Assembly (NCBI RefSeq): GCF_008831285.2
Contig: NC_045138.2
Location: 7,378,001 to 7,442,000, forward strand
Length of the DNA stretch: 64,000 nucleotides
Origin: Nymphaea colorata
Lineage: Eukaryota
Direction: 5' to 3'
Under the pieces are notes generated by a model. That model was not told where the DNA came from, searched no databases, and saw only the letters and a list, made by a program, of their open reading frames with translations. Below are positions 1 to 13,635 of the stretch, in pieces. Position numbers and translations under genes: made by a program. How positions within the stretch are numbered: the stretch's first letter is position 1; the number at the start of each line of letters is the position of its first letter.

Positions 1-721
1 TGTTATTCCATCAAATTAGGTTCTTCTAAAAGCACAAGTTCTATGTAATGTTGATGCAGGTAAATGGTTCCAATATGCAAAGTCACATATTTCAACTTGA
101 TCCAAAAATTGGTTGTTTCAATTGGATGCCAAAATTACGTAAGTAATGGAACACATCTTTTATCGGAATTATTACACAGTTGATTGAGTGATTGAAAGTT
201 GCTTTTATTGATTTTTTTTTTTTGCAGGCAAATCGATGCGAGAACTCATGAATGCAGTTTTATTAGCTAATGAATTAGATGACATGCATGGGGATGAAGG
301 TAGACCACATGTTGATAACATAGATTAAATGGAAGGGCTCAACTTTGATGCAGGTACCGATTATGACATATGAAATATGGATTGATCAAAAGTTATGGGA
401 TCCAGCATGTTTTCTGTTAGACCTAATTAGTTCAGCCCTTCTTAGGTTGTGCGAAATAGGTTTTATGGCATCCAGCTTGTTCCATAAATGGTTTGGAGGC
501 TAAATCTATTCTATTTGGATTTAGCTTGCAGGTGATGTTTGGGATAGGGTCTGAATATATCATAGACAAGCTTGTGTCAAGTGATGGTGCTTTTTGGGGG
601 CATTTGATAGCCCCCCATTTCAGATTCAACCTTGGATATGCTATGAGTCATGATGGCCTATCAAACGAGCATTTTTTAGATCCACGGATTTCAATTCTAC
701 TAAAGGGTGGACATCTATGAT

Positions 722-779
<58 letters not shown>
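722..779. repeat. Compound microsatellite (TC)n(AT)n(AG)n
   Basis: Seen directly: TC run 722-741, AT run 742-761, AG run 762-779. Confidence 0.95.
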
Positions 780-999
780 GAGGAGGAGGAACCAGTGACA
801 GAGATACATGGTGGCTGGTGTGGCATCCTGGGCCACTGCTCACACCAGTTAATCAGATATTTCTATGGAAAGACTTGAATTTATCCTATGATAATTCAAA
901 AATTATATGTCATGACCACACCAGAATTGAGTGCCCCTTAACTGAGAAATTCTGGCTCTACTCTAGCGGCAACCTAACTCAGCCAAGTTTGTTGAGGGT

Positions 1000-1035
<36 letters not shown>

Positions 1036-2379
1036 AGGTCAAGGGTTTTCGAGGCAAAACACTTGTTAGAAAAATGACATGCCAAAAGAAAGAGGGCTAG
1101 GGCCATGGAAAAATGTCAAAGCACTTTTTACCCTTCATATTTGCAGGTTTCATCCATGTCAATATGACATAACCTTACAAGTTCAGAAACACAGCTTGAG
1201 AGCTCTGTTGCATGATGGAGTGTGAGGGTGTGGAAAATGGGAGCGTTGGATGGGGTTTGGGGGAAACCTCCAACCACTGGGAGATGTAGTGAGAGATTCT
1301 GACAGCTATCGGCCCTCCCGTGTGAAGATTGTGGTTCATCATTCTCTAGAGAGTCCACTTATTATAATTCCTTCTCAGGCATATGAATGTCTCACTCAGA
1401 TATTCTACTTCATGACAACACTAGGCTTGGTGAAGAAATGAAAATCAAAGAGGTCCAATCGATTGAAATTGGGCTGCAACTTCTTAACCTACTAGTGGAA
1501 CTCTAGAATGAGTACTCTTTCAAAGCTATTGCCCAGATAAAGTTAGAGGTGGGATATGCCTAGATAGAGTTAGAGGTGCCTATGGGGTTTACTCCCATCT
1601 CCTCATCAAATTGAGATATGGTGATAACAACATATTCATTCAGGAAATACATTACAAAGCTAGGTTTTCCTAACCCAAGGAAGAGGGTTATAGTGGTCCA
1701 GAGAATCAATATTGGGTATACTAAGAAGGGGATGAAAGATGATGGGTTCAATTCGGCAGCTAAGGGGCCTAGGGCTCCACCATTAGTGTCTAGAAACATT
1801 ACTTGGTCAAGGAACCATGAACCTCATGACACCAAAGACTGCCTCTCATTCTCCAACAACTGACAAAACTTCATTTGCAGTCACAGAAGGGAATGGATCC
1901 GGTAAGATGTTCTCAAAAATTTGTGGCTCTAACCTAGGTATTTTGATCACTCCTTTCAAATCATTTTTTTGCCTATGGGCAAAAAGGGGTTTAGGGGAGA
2001 AGGATGTACGTCCAAGGTAAACCTTTGTGGCCTCCTTGGTTGTAGAGGATAGGAAGTGGAAAAAGACATTCAATAGCTCGATGGGTAGCTCAAGTTTCTA
2101 ACGGAGAAATTGTACGTCAGAGAATTCTGGAGGGCAAAACATGTTTGAGTTTTAGCCCAAAGGGGTAGGATGGAAGAAAACCCATAGTGAGCTTGAACTC
2201 CCTGTCCACTTAGGATGAAGGCTGGATAACTGCTAATGGAAAGAGGAGGAAGAACTCCAACAAAGACTATAATACTTAGGTGTTCAAGGAATAGGCACAT
2301 GTGAGAAATAAATGTGAAGAGACTGATAAATAAAAACTCACGACTTCTCTCACAAAAGGGGCCATGGAGGACTAAAGAA

Positions 2380-5300
2380 AGACCTTGCTTGAAATGTGAG
2401 TGGAGTGGCGAGGACGGGCACTCTGATAGATATCATATCCTTCATGAATGAATGTTTACTCAATCTTTTTCTTGTCTCATTGATACCACTGTAGACCCTC
2501 AAAGTGATTGCTGATGTAACTTTTAGACTATGCCAGATGGATTATGGTTCTAACCCTAATATGTTAAAGGGGGAAGCTAGAATTGCCGGTCTGTGGAATG
2601 ATAGTACATTATAACTTTCTTGGAAATCATCTATATGGTGGATGATCAGTTTTTTTTTTCTTACAGAAATTCACTGCAAGATAGTTATTGGTAATGTCTA
2701 TCTTCTTAACTAAACATGTGAGATGGTAGTCTCTTTCAATTGGAAGACGAGCTTAGTATCAAAAGTTGCCCTTTTATCTGCATGGATGACTCCAATGCCA
2801 TGCAGTTGCACTGCAACAAATTAGTATCCATAATCCACCTGAACAGCCAACTTTCCCACATGTTCAATGAATTTATTGCAGGATATAGATTCATGGGGTT
2901 AGCAAATCCAAGCAACCAGTTTTTGTGGTCCAACAGACAGAAAAGAGGGGATCTAGTTCAACACAAACTAGATTGAACTTTCATTAATCAATTATTGAAT
3001 GAAGGCTGAAGCTGTAATGCAAAGGGCAGGATAATCACTTGAGCCATGTTTGACCACAATGCAATGTCAGACACAATGCAGCGTACCTCCAAGTGAAGTC
3101 TAAGCATAGTTTTACTTCAACAAATTATGGTCCTTATCTCATGAAATCATTCGTAATGGTGTTCTGTGAGCAATGACCATTCAATGATACGATTGCTGCA
3201 AATGCTCCAAGTGGTGTCCAAGCATCTCCAATCATGGAATTGGAATAAGTTGGGCATGTGCCTAATAGAATATAGTAGTATCACAAAATCCATGGAGGAT
3301 GTCCAGCAATAGGTAGAGAACCAAGTTGAGGAAGAAGAATATAGGATTCAGATGGATGAGGTGTATTGGAAAAACATGCCTAAAATTAGATGACATCATG
3401 TAGGGGATAGAAATGCAAAAACTTTTTCAAACTATGGCTAAAAACTAGAAAAGAAAGAACCTTGTAGAAGTCTTCCTTGTTGAAGGTAGAGCTTATGATA
3501 CAAATGAAGACATTTTGAGAACTATGACTAATTGTTTTGAGAAGTTTTTCAATGATGATGAAGTAAACACCACACTTTTTAAGTATATGACAGAAGGCAT
3601 GCTAATTTCTAGCAGTGGGAACCAATGTCTCTTACTTCTTATGTTTAAGGAAAAGGCTATAAGAGCTACATTTAGCATGCACGGTGGCAGCATTGCAGGG
3701 CCCAATCGGTGCCTTGACTACTTCCTTTTTTGAAAAAAACTGGGTTGTCGTTGGTAAGGATCTAACAAAAGCTACGACCTCCTTCTTTCAAGTGGGTAAG
3801 ATTATCATAAGCATTAACTCAACTACTATTATGCTTCTACCTGAGTCCAAGGGGCCAATGAGAGTATAACATTATAGGTCTATTGCTCTTTGAATTACTG
3901 TTTATAAAATTATCACAAAAATAATGGTTCTAGGACTGAAAAGTATATTAGCCATGACCCTTGGCGAAAATCAAAGGGTATTTCTTAAGAATAGACATAT
4001 ACATGAACAGGTTATGCTCCCCCAGGATTTTATTGATTTGGTTTGGGCAAAGAAGGCAAGAAATTGTTTGCCTTAAATTGAATTTGTCTAAGGCATACAA
4101 AAGAGTTTCATGGCCCTTTATAGAGAAAAGTATGACAAATCTGGGGTTTCATGTCTTTTGGGTTAAAAGAGTCATGTGTGTTAGATCACTCCCCTTTTCT
4201 ATCTTCATCAATGGCAAAGAGGATAGATGCTTTCAAGGAGAAAGGGGCCTTAGATAAGGAGACCCCATATCTCCCTTTGTTCTCCTAATTATAATGGAGT
4301 CTATTTCTCTAGGGTTCAAGATTTGGGTATTTGAGGGTAACACACATAAGCATACATAAAATTTCTTAGTACCAATGTTTAGTGGCATAATTCTACATAA
4401 TGATAAATCTAAACTTGTAAAACAAGTCTAGGTTCTAACTATCCATGGCTCGAGAGTGAGCAATAGTTAGTGGGCTACTATTCTTCATTGGGATGGGACT
4501 TGCTTTTAGATTATATATTTAAGTCTCTCCCTCTTCCATGGTAAGATTTTAGATCTATTATGCAGGTTGCTGATTGAAAAGATGTAAAAGAAGCTTGCTA
4601 GCTTGAACATCAATATTCTTATGAAATTTAATATGTCAACAGCTATGAATTACTGGACACAAGCTTGAAATTGTTGCAGTCCACCATTCTCATGGCCAAC
4701 TTTTTATGGGCAAATGAAGGTAATGAGACCTAAAAACATCTCATTGCTTGGTTAAGCTTGTGCAAGTTATTGAAAGAAGACAATATCGGCATGAGAAACT
4801 TTGAGTCTGTGGAACAAAGCCATACTAGCAAGTAGAGCTTGTCAATTGATTAATGCTAACCTGACAATTTGGACCTAGCTACAGCAAGCATACCTTAGTA
4901 GAGGTAAAGACAATTGTCTTCAGGTTGGGTTTCAAAAGAATATGTAGGACAATCTAGGTTGGGGCTGAACCTTAAGCAAAGACAAAACAAGAAGGTGATC
5001 GATTTATATTCTAGTTAGATAACCGGAGTGGGACAGTTCATGTAGAGAAGCTTAATAGGGCAGATTATGGTTACATTCAAATGAAGCTGTAGACCACTTT
5101 AATCAAGGCTAGATCTCAGGATCTCAGTGCATTCATAACTATTCATGATGAAATCCAGCGTATGCAGTCTCTATCCCAATTACGATAGAAATGAGATTGT
5201 GTGAGATTATAGAAAGACCAAACCCTTTAGAGCACGTAACGTACAAAGCTACCATGCTAAGAGGCATAGAAGAAGTTGAAAGTATATATCTGGTCCAACA

Positions 5301-5700
5301 AAGTTCATCCTAGAGCAAGTTGCTTTTTGTTTTAGCCTGTAAAAACCAGCTGCCCCCTTTGACTACCTTAAAAAATATGGTATCTGCTTGGCGAACTAGT
5401 GTAGTCTTTGCAAAAAAGAAGAGGAAAGCAATTCCTGCATCATGCTTAACTACAAGGTAGCCTCTCTAGTCTGGAATATGGTGATAAAGTAATTCAACAG
5501 AAAGAGGCTGCCTTGGCTCTCTATTAGAGAGGAATTTTAAGCCTTGATGAAGGTGAAGTTAAAAACCACTGCTTGTGGATGTGCTGGGAGATCACCTTTC
5601 ACATAATATGTTGGAAACTAAGATGACGAAGAAACAAAGTGATGTATGGTGCTTGGACGGAAGATTCCACTAGAATTGAATGGCAGAGATACAAGTAAGC
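2380..5700 (+). pseudogene. LINE ORF2 remnant (endonuclease, reverse transcriptase, zf-RVT) with many stops and frameshifts
   Basis: Fragments INSTTIMLLPE..YRSIAL*ITVYKIITKIM, LKLNLSKAYKRVSWPFI and INGKEDRCFQGERGLR*GDPISPF match conserved non-LTR RT motifs. Confidence 0.88.
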
Positions 5701-5703
5701 ATA

Positions 5704-6007
5704 TGTTAAGCCAGCTGTAATTCTGGTAAATATAAGGAAATAAGTGTTGGTGTCAATAGCAATAATTGTGTGGATACAGGAAGATTTAACAGCTACAATC
5801 AAGGAGACTGCGTTAGATAACAGTCTATATTTTTAGTAGTGTATCTAACTTATACATTGAAGCATGGTTATCATTTATAACATCTTTTAGTGAGGTGTAC
5901 AAGATTCTCACGATTCTCTTGTAAAATGTCAATATATACTCAATCTATAGTTTCTGAGAACTATGAAATCTTAGAGAGCTTTTCTCATATCTTCAAAATC
6001 GGTTTTA
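5704..6007 (+). repeat. 5' LTR of left copia element
   Basis: Starts TGTTAAGC, aligns with 9638-9941, followed directly by an initiator-Met-type PBS. Confidence 0.9.
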
Positions 6008-6059
6008 TGGAATCAGAGCTATAACTTCCTTTCCATTGCTGTTATGAATGTTGTGTCAT

Positions 6060-9000
6060 CTACACCAATGGAACGCCATTGAAAGTCTTGTTTCTATGAA
6101 ATTGAGCAGAGAAAATTATTTTCTCTAGAGGAGTCAATTGGAGGTAGTCATGGTGTCTCAAGTCTTATTGTTGTTCATAGATGGAAGTGAGCAAGTTCCT
6201 CCTCAAAACTCATCAATAATAAAGGTGAAAAAGTTGGTGAATCATGCCTACCTAAAGCGGCGAAAGTCTAACCAGCTTGCCCTTAACTGGATCATGGCCA
6301 CAATTACTGAGGATGTTCCAAGTCAAATAATTCATACAAAGACTACACAAGAGGCCTGGACTTATTTGAAGAAGGTGTTTGGCTCACAATTACCTCTTTG
6401 TATTATGCTGCTGAAAAAGGACTTACACTTTATAAAAAAGGAAGACATGGGTATGAACAAGTATCTCAACATGATTAAACATCTTTTGGATACCTTGAAA
6501 GCTGTTGGTCACACCGTTCTAGAAGAAGACTTAGTGCAAATAGCATTAAATAGATTATCTTCTCATTATGAGAGTTTTATTATCACACCCACAATAGGTG
6601 GGTTGGTTATGCTTCCTTCGTTTCCTGATTTATGTGATTTACTTGTTAACCAAGAATGATACCATAGTAAGAGTTCAATTACAGTTGGCAATTGATCAAC
6701 CTTATCTATTGCTTATGTTGGTAACAAACGCTTATATGTTGGCAGTTCCTCATTTTATTAAAAAAAATACTCTTTATGTCTCTAGATTATCAAATAATCT
6801 TCTATCCATAGGGAAGTTTACTTCATATTTGAGTTCTCCTCAACTTGTTTTGTGATAAAGGATCAGGAAACGGGTGAAGGCTCACACATGATTGTATCCA
6901 ATTAGGATACATCTAAAACCATATGCCTTGTTTGCTGTCAAAAAATATTAAGGAGACATGCACATATTGGCACCAATGCTTAGGGCATGCCAATTCAAGG
7001 AAGATTTTTTAACCTTATTCTAGGAGATTTAATTCAATAAAGAAGAAGCCAACAGCCACATCATTATGTGAACATTGTCAGGCCGGTAAATCTCACAAAC
7101 TAGCGTTTTGTCAATCTAGTTTCCATGCATCTCAGCATCTTGAGTTACTAGATAGTGATGTTTGGGGACCCTCTCCAGTTATTGGATCTATTGGAAATAA
7201 TTTTTATTTGTTGATCATTGATCATTTTTCTCATTTTAGTTGGTTATTTCCCCATGATAAATAAATCAGATGTTTATGATTGCTTTGTCAATTTCAAGAC
7301 TCTGGTGAAAAAAACAGCTTGAAAGTCCATCAAAATGTTTCAGTTTAATAATAGAAGTGAGTTCTATAGTAATAAATTTGAGAAGGATTTAAAACTCCAT
7401 GAAATTCTTCATTGGTATTCATGTCCTCATACACCGAAACAAAATGGTCTTGCCAAATGAAAACATCGGCATATTATTGAAACAACACTAGCTATGTTAC
7501 ACAATGCTAATCTTGAACACAGATTTCGATCGAGGCATTTCGAACTGCAACATTTATTATAAATCAGCCGCCTTTCTCAAAGCTACCCAAGCATATGTTT
7601 CCATATGAATGTTTATTCGATCAAGCCCCTGATTACTCATACTTAAAGACTTTCGAAGCTCTTTGTTATCCTTTCTTGACTCCATATAATCAAAATAAAC
7701 TGCAACACAAAACCACAAAATGCATCTTTGTATGCTATCGTATTCAACAAAAGGGTACATATGTTGGGATCCACAAACTTGACGTTTGTTCATCTCTCGG
7801 CCTGTCGTATTTGATGAAGGTGTTCATTATAAAGGAGGTGAATCAAATAAATATAAAGAGCAGAACATCAAAAACTGGTTTTCCTTTCTTGAACCAATGT
7901 CAAGTCCTCCCAAAATAATACATAATTCAACTTCCACTTTAACCAACAATTATGATTTAGTCCTCTTGAGTTGGCCAAAAAAATTTAAATTAGAAAATAT
8001 AGACCCTGCTCTCCCTATTGATGATGACCTTCTTTCCCATCACTTAGACTTGGTAGAATATCATAACTAAAACTTGATGCCTACACCAATACCACCAATT
8101 CCACAACCTAGGGAGCCTAGTCCTTATCCTACACCCATCTCATGACCTCAGTACCATGTCCATCCCATGACAACTTGATCTATGACTGGATCACTTAAGC
8201 CCAAAGCCTTCATCACCATGAGGTCTACATATCCAGCTGAAATCAAACCTATTACCTACAAGCGAGCTGCTCAATTTCCACAATGGAGGGAAGCCATGGA
8301 CCAAGAGTTCAAGGGTCTTCAAGATAATAAGACATGATGATTGGTCTTAGCTGAAGATCACTTCAATGTCATTGGCTCAAAATGGGTGTTCAAACTCAAG
8401 AAAAATGCCGATTGGACAATCTTTCCCCAAAAAGCTCGATTTGTGGCAAAGGATATCTTTAGGAAACCGGTGTAGACTATAATGAAATATTTAGTCCACT
8501 TGTCAAACCAACAACTGTCTGGGTTTTTATTGCCCTTGCCACTTACTATGGTTGGCCATCACATCAGTTGGATTTTAACATTGCATTCTTGAATGGTCAC
8601 CTATCTGAAGATGTATATATGCAGCAGCTGGAAGGATATGAGGATCCACATTTTCTTTATCATGTGTGCCAACTCATCAAGGCCATCTATGGCTTACAAC
8701 AAAGCCCACGGGCTTGGTACTAAAGGTTAAGTGAATTTATTTTCCAACATAGATTCAAAATGTCGCAATCTGATTCATACTATTTATACTTAATGAGGGT
8801 GATGAAAAAGTCTACTTGCTAGTTTATATAGACGACCTTATCATGACTGGTCCAAACACCCAGAAGACCAAAGCAGTTATAAACTAACTTATGGGGGCAT
8901 TTTCTATAAAAGATATAGGTGAGATTTCATATTTTTTGGGTATTGAGCTTAAGAAGGAAGAGAAGAACGTAACTCTTTCTCAATGACATTACGTCCAAAA

Positions 9001-9630
9001 TGTGCTGCAATGTGCCCTTCTTCTTGATGCCAAGCCTACCTCAACGCCCACGAGGCCATCAACCAACAAGCAAAATGGTGAGAATGAGGCACTGTTTGAA
9101 GACCCTCATTTTACCAGAGGACAATAGGAGCTTTTCAATACTTAACATTGACAAGGCCAGATGTAGCTTTTTCTATAAATAGGGCTAATCAATTTACGCA
9201 TAGCCCAACATTGTGTCATTGGCAAATGGTTAAGGGCATTTTGAGATACTTAAAGGACATGATGGATTATGGTTTATGGTTTCAGTTTTCAGATTCTCTT
9301 TATTTGAGTGGGTACACGAACGCCAATTGGGCTGGAAGTCAAGAAGCTTTACTTGAAGAATTGGGAATCTCTTTGGACAAACCACCTGACCTTTGGTGAG
9401 ACAACATTGGAGCTTTGTATTTGGTGGCTAATCCAGTTTTTTATGCTATGACTAAGCACATTGAAGTCAATTTTCACTTCTTTTGAGATCATGTCAATAA
9501 AGGGCATTTGAAGATTAAATTTCTTCGTTTAGATGAACAGTTAGCAAATGGTCTCACCAAACCTCTACATTTTGTAAAATTTGAAAACTTTGGAGCAACC
9601 TTAACTTTGAGAAGACCATGTTCAGGTTGA
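6060..9630 (+). pseudogene. Copia gag-pol remnant with stops, frameshifts and internal deletions
   Basis: gag-like ORF 6138-6659; integrase SDVWGPSP and CPHTPKQNGLA; RT YIDDLIMTG; RH YTNANWAG and TKHIEVNFHF. Confidence 0.9.
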
Positions 9631-9637
9631 TGGGGAA

Positions 9638-9941
9638 TGTTAAGCAAAGCTTTAATTCTGATAAAGATGAGGAAATAAGTGCTGGTGTCAATAGTAATAA
9701 TCATATGGATAGAAGAAGATTTAATGGCTACAATCAAGGATATTGCATTAAATAACAGTCCATAGTTTTAGTAGTGTATCCAATTTCTATATCGAAGCAT
9801 TCTTATCCTTTGTAACTTTTTCTGAGCTGTACAAGATTCTCACTATTCTCTTGTAAACTGTCCATATATACTCCACGTGTAGCCTCTGAGAATGTATGAA
9901 AATCTTAGAGAGCTTTTCCCATATTTTGAAAAGCTGTTTTA
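9638..9941 (+). repeat. 3' LTR of left copia element
   Basis: Preceded by PPT; about 85% identical to the 5' LTR over the first 140 bp (hand count). Confidence 0.9.
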
Positions 9942-10153
9942 GTTTATAGATCAATAAACTGGAAATGTAACAAAAAAGAAATTATTGATCAACATATGGT
10001 TGTCGACTGGGATGGTGGTTGATGATCTCAAAAGGTTCTATACCATCAACAAAGCATCGGTTATCAGAGTCAATAAGAAGGGCAATCAAAAGGGGATTGG
10101 AGGATCTCTTAATTCAGAAATGGCTCGAGATCTCATGAGTGGTACAGGAAAAT

Positions 10154-10767
10154 TGTAAAGTCATCACCGACTCTTGGGAAGAGTCGAGAAGACTCAAGAG
10201 GCTACAAACCTCTTCCTTTTTGTAGGTTGGTGGATGTAATGATTAAAAAGAAAGTAAATTAAGGAAAAAGAAAAAATTAGAATGTGGTGGATTCTTCCAC
10301 CACCGACTAATGCTCCCTATAAATAGGGAAGTTGGGCATAGTGTGTGGGTATTGAGAGTTAGGTTGAGTCTCAAATCCTTTGAGCTAGAGTTTGTGTGCT
10401 CACTTTGTGAGCTGGTGTGTGAGAATTTCAAGTGTGTGCTCAAGTGAAAGAGCGTTGGGTGCTTGGATGTTAGCTCACTGTGTGAGCTTGTTGAGGTGAG
10501 TTCTTGTACCTCACTTTTATATGTTTCATTATTGGCAAACAATAGAAGTCTACTGTTTGAAGTATAGTTGGTGCATACTTTACGTTGTTGCATGGCTAAG
10601 TTTATTTTGTGAACTTTGTTGGTGTTGTTATTAAGTTCCCATTAAGCATACTTTGTCAAGTTTATTATTAAGAATTATTATGAACGTCGAGACTCTGCCG
10701 GTTTTTCTCCGCATAACTTCGGGTTTGGATCTAAGTTATATCTAGGGCCCACATTTGTTTTCCTACA
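10154..10767 (+). mobile_element. Probable solo LTR inserted in the LINE 3' region
   Basis: TGTA...TACA termini; 5-bp flanks AAAAT/GAAAT (4/5 match); internal CCCTATAAATAGGG TATA box at about 10315-10328; LINE-like sequence resumes on both sides. Confidence 0.7.
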
Positions 10768-11845
10768 GAAATGACACTACAGAATTCTTTGTGTTGGAAT
10801 GAGGTTAATCAATTGCCCAGAAGGAGAAGATCAAACCGTTAGTAAGTTCAAACAATGTAGGTTGGAAGTGAAGAATGAAGATATTTCAAGATGGCAGCAC
10901 ACAATGGCCTATTAAATGGTCTGGGATTGCACCACTCTCTGAGTACTTCCAGATGGGAGATCATGGCATTCCTTTCCTACTAGGTTCCATATTAATGCTA
11001 TATAGAGAGGCAAGTATTTGCTATGAGTTTGGATAGTCAGGGATAGTCGTCACAGTTCTGAGTGTTTTTTTATATGGTGTTGATGGCTCTACTATTGTTG
11101 TTGCATCTTTTTGGTTGTTTACCTGCTGTGTCCTAGCACGTTGGTTTCTTTGGTGGTTGTATCCCTTCTGTCCTTTTTTTTCTGTACATATTGTTTTTTA
11201 GCAATAAAAAAGGTTGGGAGCCTATCTCACATTCATCCCTTCATTAGAAGTTCAACAGCATAATTGGTCAATTTCTCATGAAGTATTTTGGGAAGTAAAT
11301 GCTCATGATAGTATACTTTCCCATGCATTTGAAAACCAAATTCATCATCACATGATCCTTAAACTCAAATATTATGGTCCAAATCTTGAGCTAGTTGCTG
11401 ATTGGGCTATGTAGACCAAGAAGGTTCAAGATTTCAAGTTGATTTTTGTCTTTTGTGGAATAAACTTAGATGTATCAAGTGGTCAGCAAACAAATATTAA
11501 TATAAGTTTATTTGGCTTTGGTTTAGGTATATTAAAATGGGTGATGCAGCTTGATTTGAGGAGAAAGGTTTGTAGTATTCATTGCTTGATTTGGGCAGCA
11601 AGGTTTGTAGTAGGCATTGGTTGGATGGTAATGTGGTATGAGTCAAATTAGAATCAACTAAATTTGGGTGTCAGTGTTATAGCTTAGTTGGAAGGTATTG
11701 GTTCAATTGCAGTCTATGGCTTTGAACGTAAGTTTTGAATGGATAATACTAGCCATGACCACAGTAAAAATCTGTGGTAAAATTGGAGTTCTAGTTAGCT
11801 ATTACATTAATCAACCCTTATATGTTGATCACATACATGATACAT

Positions 11846-12022
11846 AGTGTCTGATTTACAAAAACCACATGTAACGGAAACAAAATGTAGAATGCAGCTT
11901 ATTTACAAAAAAACGATATGTAAAGAGAAAAAAAAATTGAATGCGCCATTGGTAAAGGGAAAAAAGTAGAATGCAGTGTATCTACAAAAAACCATATGCA
12001 AAGGAAAAAAAAAGTAGAACGC
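11846..12022. repeat. Degenerate tandem repeat, about 45-50 bp unit, 3-4 copies
   Basis: Recurrent TACAAAAACCA(C/T)ATG(T/C)AA...AAAAGTAGAATGC. Confidence 0.6.
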
Positions 12023-12568
12023 TATTTTTAATGGTTTTTTAATAAATTAACAACATAGATGGGGAAGAAATTTACAAAAGCCAAAAGGTAAAAAAACAAC
12101 CATGATGCTAATTGTGAAGTGCACATTAGAGTTTATGAGATAAAAAAGCTGGATTGTTGAATTTAATTCCCCATTTAGATTTTTTTTTTTGGGTTCTAAT
12201 ATTTTGGCTGGTGCGATCCATCTTTGCAGATTATTCCCAAAAAAAAGAGAAAAAATAGACATAAAGTGCTGGCATATTAAGTATTTCAGAAAATTAGACC
12301 TTCCACTCTTTTGAGATCATGTGTTCATCACAAAACATTCACGAACACGTTTTCATTCTTAACAAACTAGCTCGAACCAAGGCCCAGACTCAACTCATTC
12401 GGTTCGTTAATTTTGCGGTTCGTTCATTTTGACAACCTTACAAATATGCATATAACTTCCCATTTCTACTACTCAAATGGGATATTTTAGTTCTCAAGTT
12501 GAGTAATTTCCCATAAATTTCAGCTATTGCATTTACAAAGGACACAAAATATGAACATTCCCACAAAC

Positions 12569-13135
12569 TCAGTAGTGAATCACAGTCACATTGTACTCAA
12601 CAACAGCATTCCCAGTCAATAGGTCCAAGCTATAAGTCTTAGCAAGTGCATAGCCTCGCGCCAGCCTGAACATTCCGGTCCCGCCGATCACTGGCATCTC
12701 CCTGGTCGAACTAAAGATCGAGTTCCTCCCAAGTATACTTAAGCTGCTGCCATTGTATTCACCTTCCAGAAACACATAATTAAGCACCATTAGCAAGCTT
12801 AAATCGTTCTGGGATGCTGAAGCATAGAGACCTTGTGCCCTTCCAATCAGCTTCGACGTCGCGTCTGGGCCTTCCGTCAATGGGTCGTCAAACAGAGCAA
12901 CCATGCCGAACCCTGTCATTGAGGTCTTGCTCATCTCCACCTCGGCGACCTTCTCGGCGGTCGGCTCCTCGCCGACAATGATGTCGTGGAAGAAGAAGTG
13001 TATGGTTGTTGTCTTCTCTTCCAATCCTTGGTTCAGTGGGCTCGAGCCATTGGCGAGCCTGCCACCAGAGACTAGATGAAGTTGGAAAAGGGTCAGGGAA
13101 AGTAAGACACAGAATTTTGAGCTTGTTGGTGCCAT
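12569..13135 (-). CDS. DIR: Dirigent protein, intact, 188 aa, secreted type (DIR-b/d-like); DIR1 here
   Basis: Hydrophobic signal-peptide-like N-terminus; motifs HFFFHD, FGMVALFDDPLTEGP, GRAQGLY, NGSSLSILGRN, REMPVIGGTGMFRLARGYA, VVEYNV; intronless. Confidence 0.96.
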   Translation of the reverse strand: MAPTSSKFCVLLSLTLFQLHLVSGGRLANGSSPLNQGLEEKTTTIHFFFHDIIVGEEPTAEKVAEVEMSKTSMTGFGMVALFDDPLTEGPDATSKLIGRAQGLYASASQNDLSLLMVLNYVFLEGEYNGSSLSILGRNSIFSSTREMPVIGGTGMFRLARGYALAKTYSLDLLTGNAVVEYNVTVIHY

Positions 13136-13464
13136 TTTTTGGCCTCACGGCGTCATGAAGGATGATGGGCAGCACTTAAAAAGACTGAGCTAGCTAGACG
13201 GATTCCCCTTGCCAGGGAAAGTGAAAGCAGTTAAGGCAGATATGAATCAATGCAGACTATAGAACAAACCACTCCTTTAAGTTTTCCTTTTTCAAGTGTT
13301 TGGTGAAGGTAGCGAGCTACCAATCTTGGGTCATTTTTTTTAGAAATTTAAGAGAATAATTACTATAAAAATGATGAATAACGTAGTTAAGCACTAATTA
13401 AGTTGATGACTCATTCGGACTAGTTAACTGATTAATGACCTGAATTAGGGTGGTTTGGTTAGGT

Positions 13465-13635
13465 CAGGGACGGAGGCAAGTGTGGGCAACATGTGGGCAA
13501 TTGTCCACATAAAATTACAAAAAAATATTTATTTTTATATTGATGCATCAGGGCAATTTTTCTCATTTACATATTGATGACTGTTGAAATTTATTACTAA
13601 TTCCTCTTAACCAGAGATTTCTAGCTTTACCCCTA
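13465..13635. mobile_element. Small hAT-type MITE (CAGGGGCGGA-like family) upstream of DIR1
   Basis: Ends CAGGGACGGAG...CTTTACCCCTA; 8-bp flanks GGTTAGGT/GATTGGGT (6/8). Confidence 0.5.

Larger units (their letters stand above)
5704..9941 (+). mobile_element. Old Ty1/copia LTR retrotransposon inserted in the LINE
   Basis: Paired LTRs 5704-6007 and 9638-9941. PBS TGGAATCAGAGC at 6008-6019, PPT GATGGGGAA at 9629-9637. Domain order gag-INT-RT-RH. Degenerate TSD GCATA/GTTTA. Confidence 0.93.
990..11240 (+). mobile_element. Decayed L1-clade LINE, interrupted by a copia element and a solo LTR; boundaries approximate
   Basis: (GA)n leader at 1000-1032. ORF1-like IGLQLLNLLVEL*NEYSFKAIA...GYA*IELEV at about 1460-1600. 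Endonuclease-start-like LA*NVSG at about 2385. RT motifs at 3700-4300, zf-RVT-like CSLCKKEEE at about 5400, RNase H-like remnants at 10770-11030, AATAAA at about 11203. Confidence 0.85.

Noticed and set aside
1..430. Splice-like signals and a short acidic reading frame at the window start
   Set aside because: Contains an in-frame stop, is cut by the window edge and has no identifiable homology.
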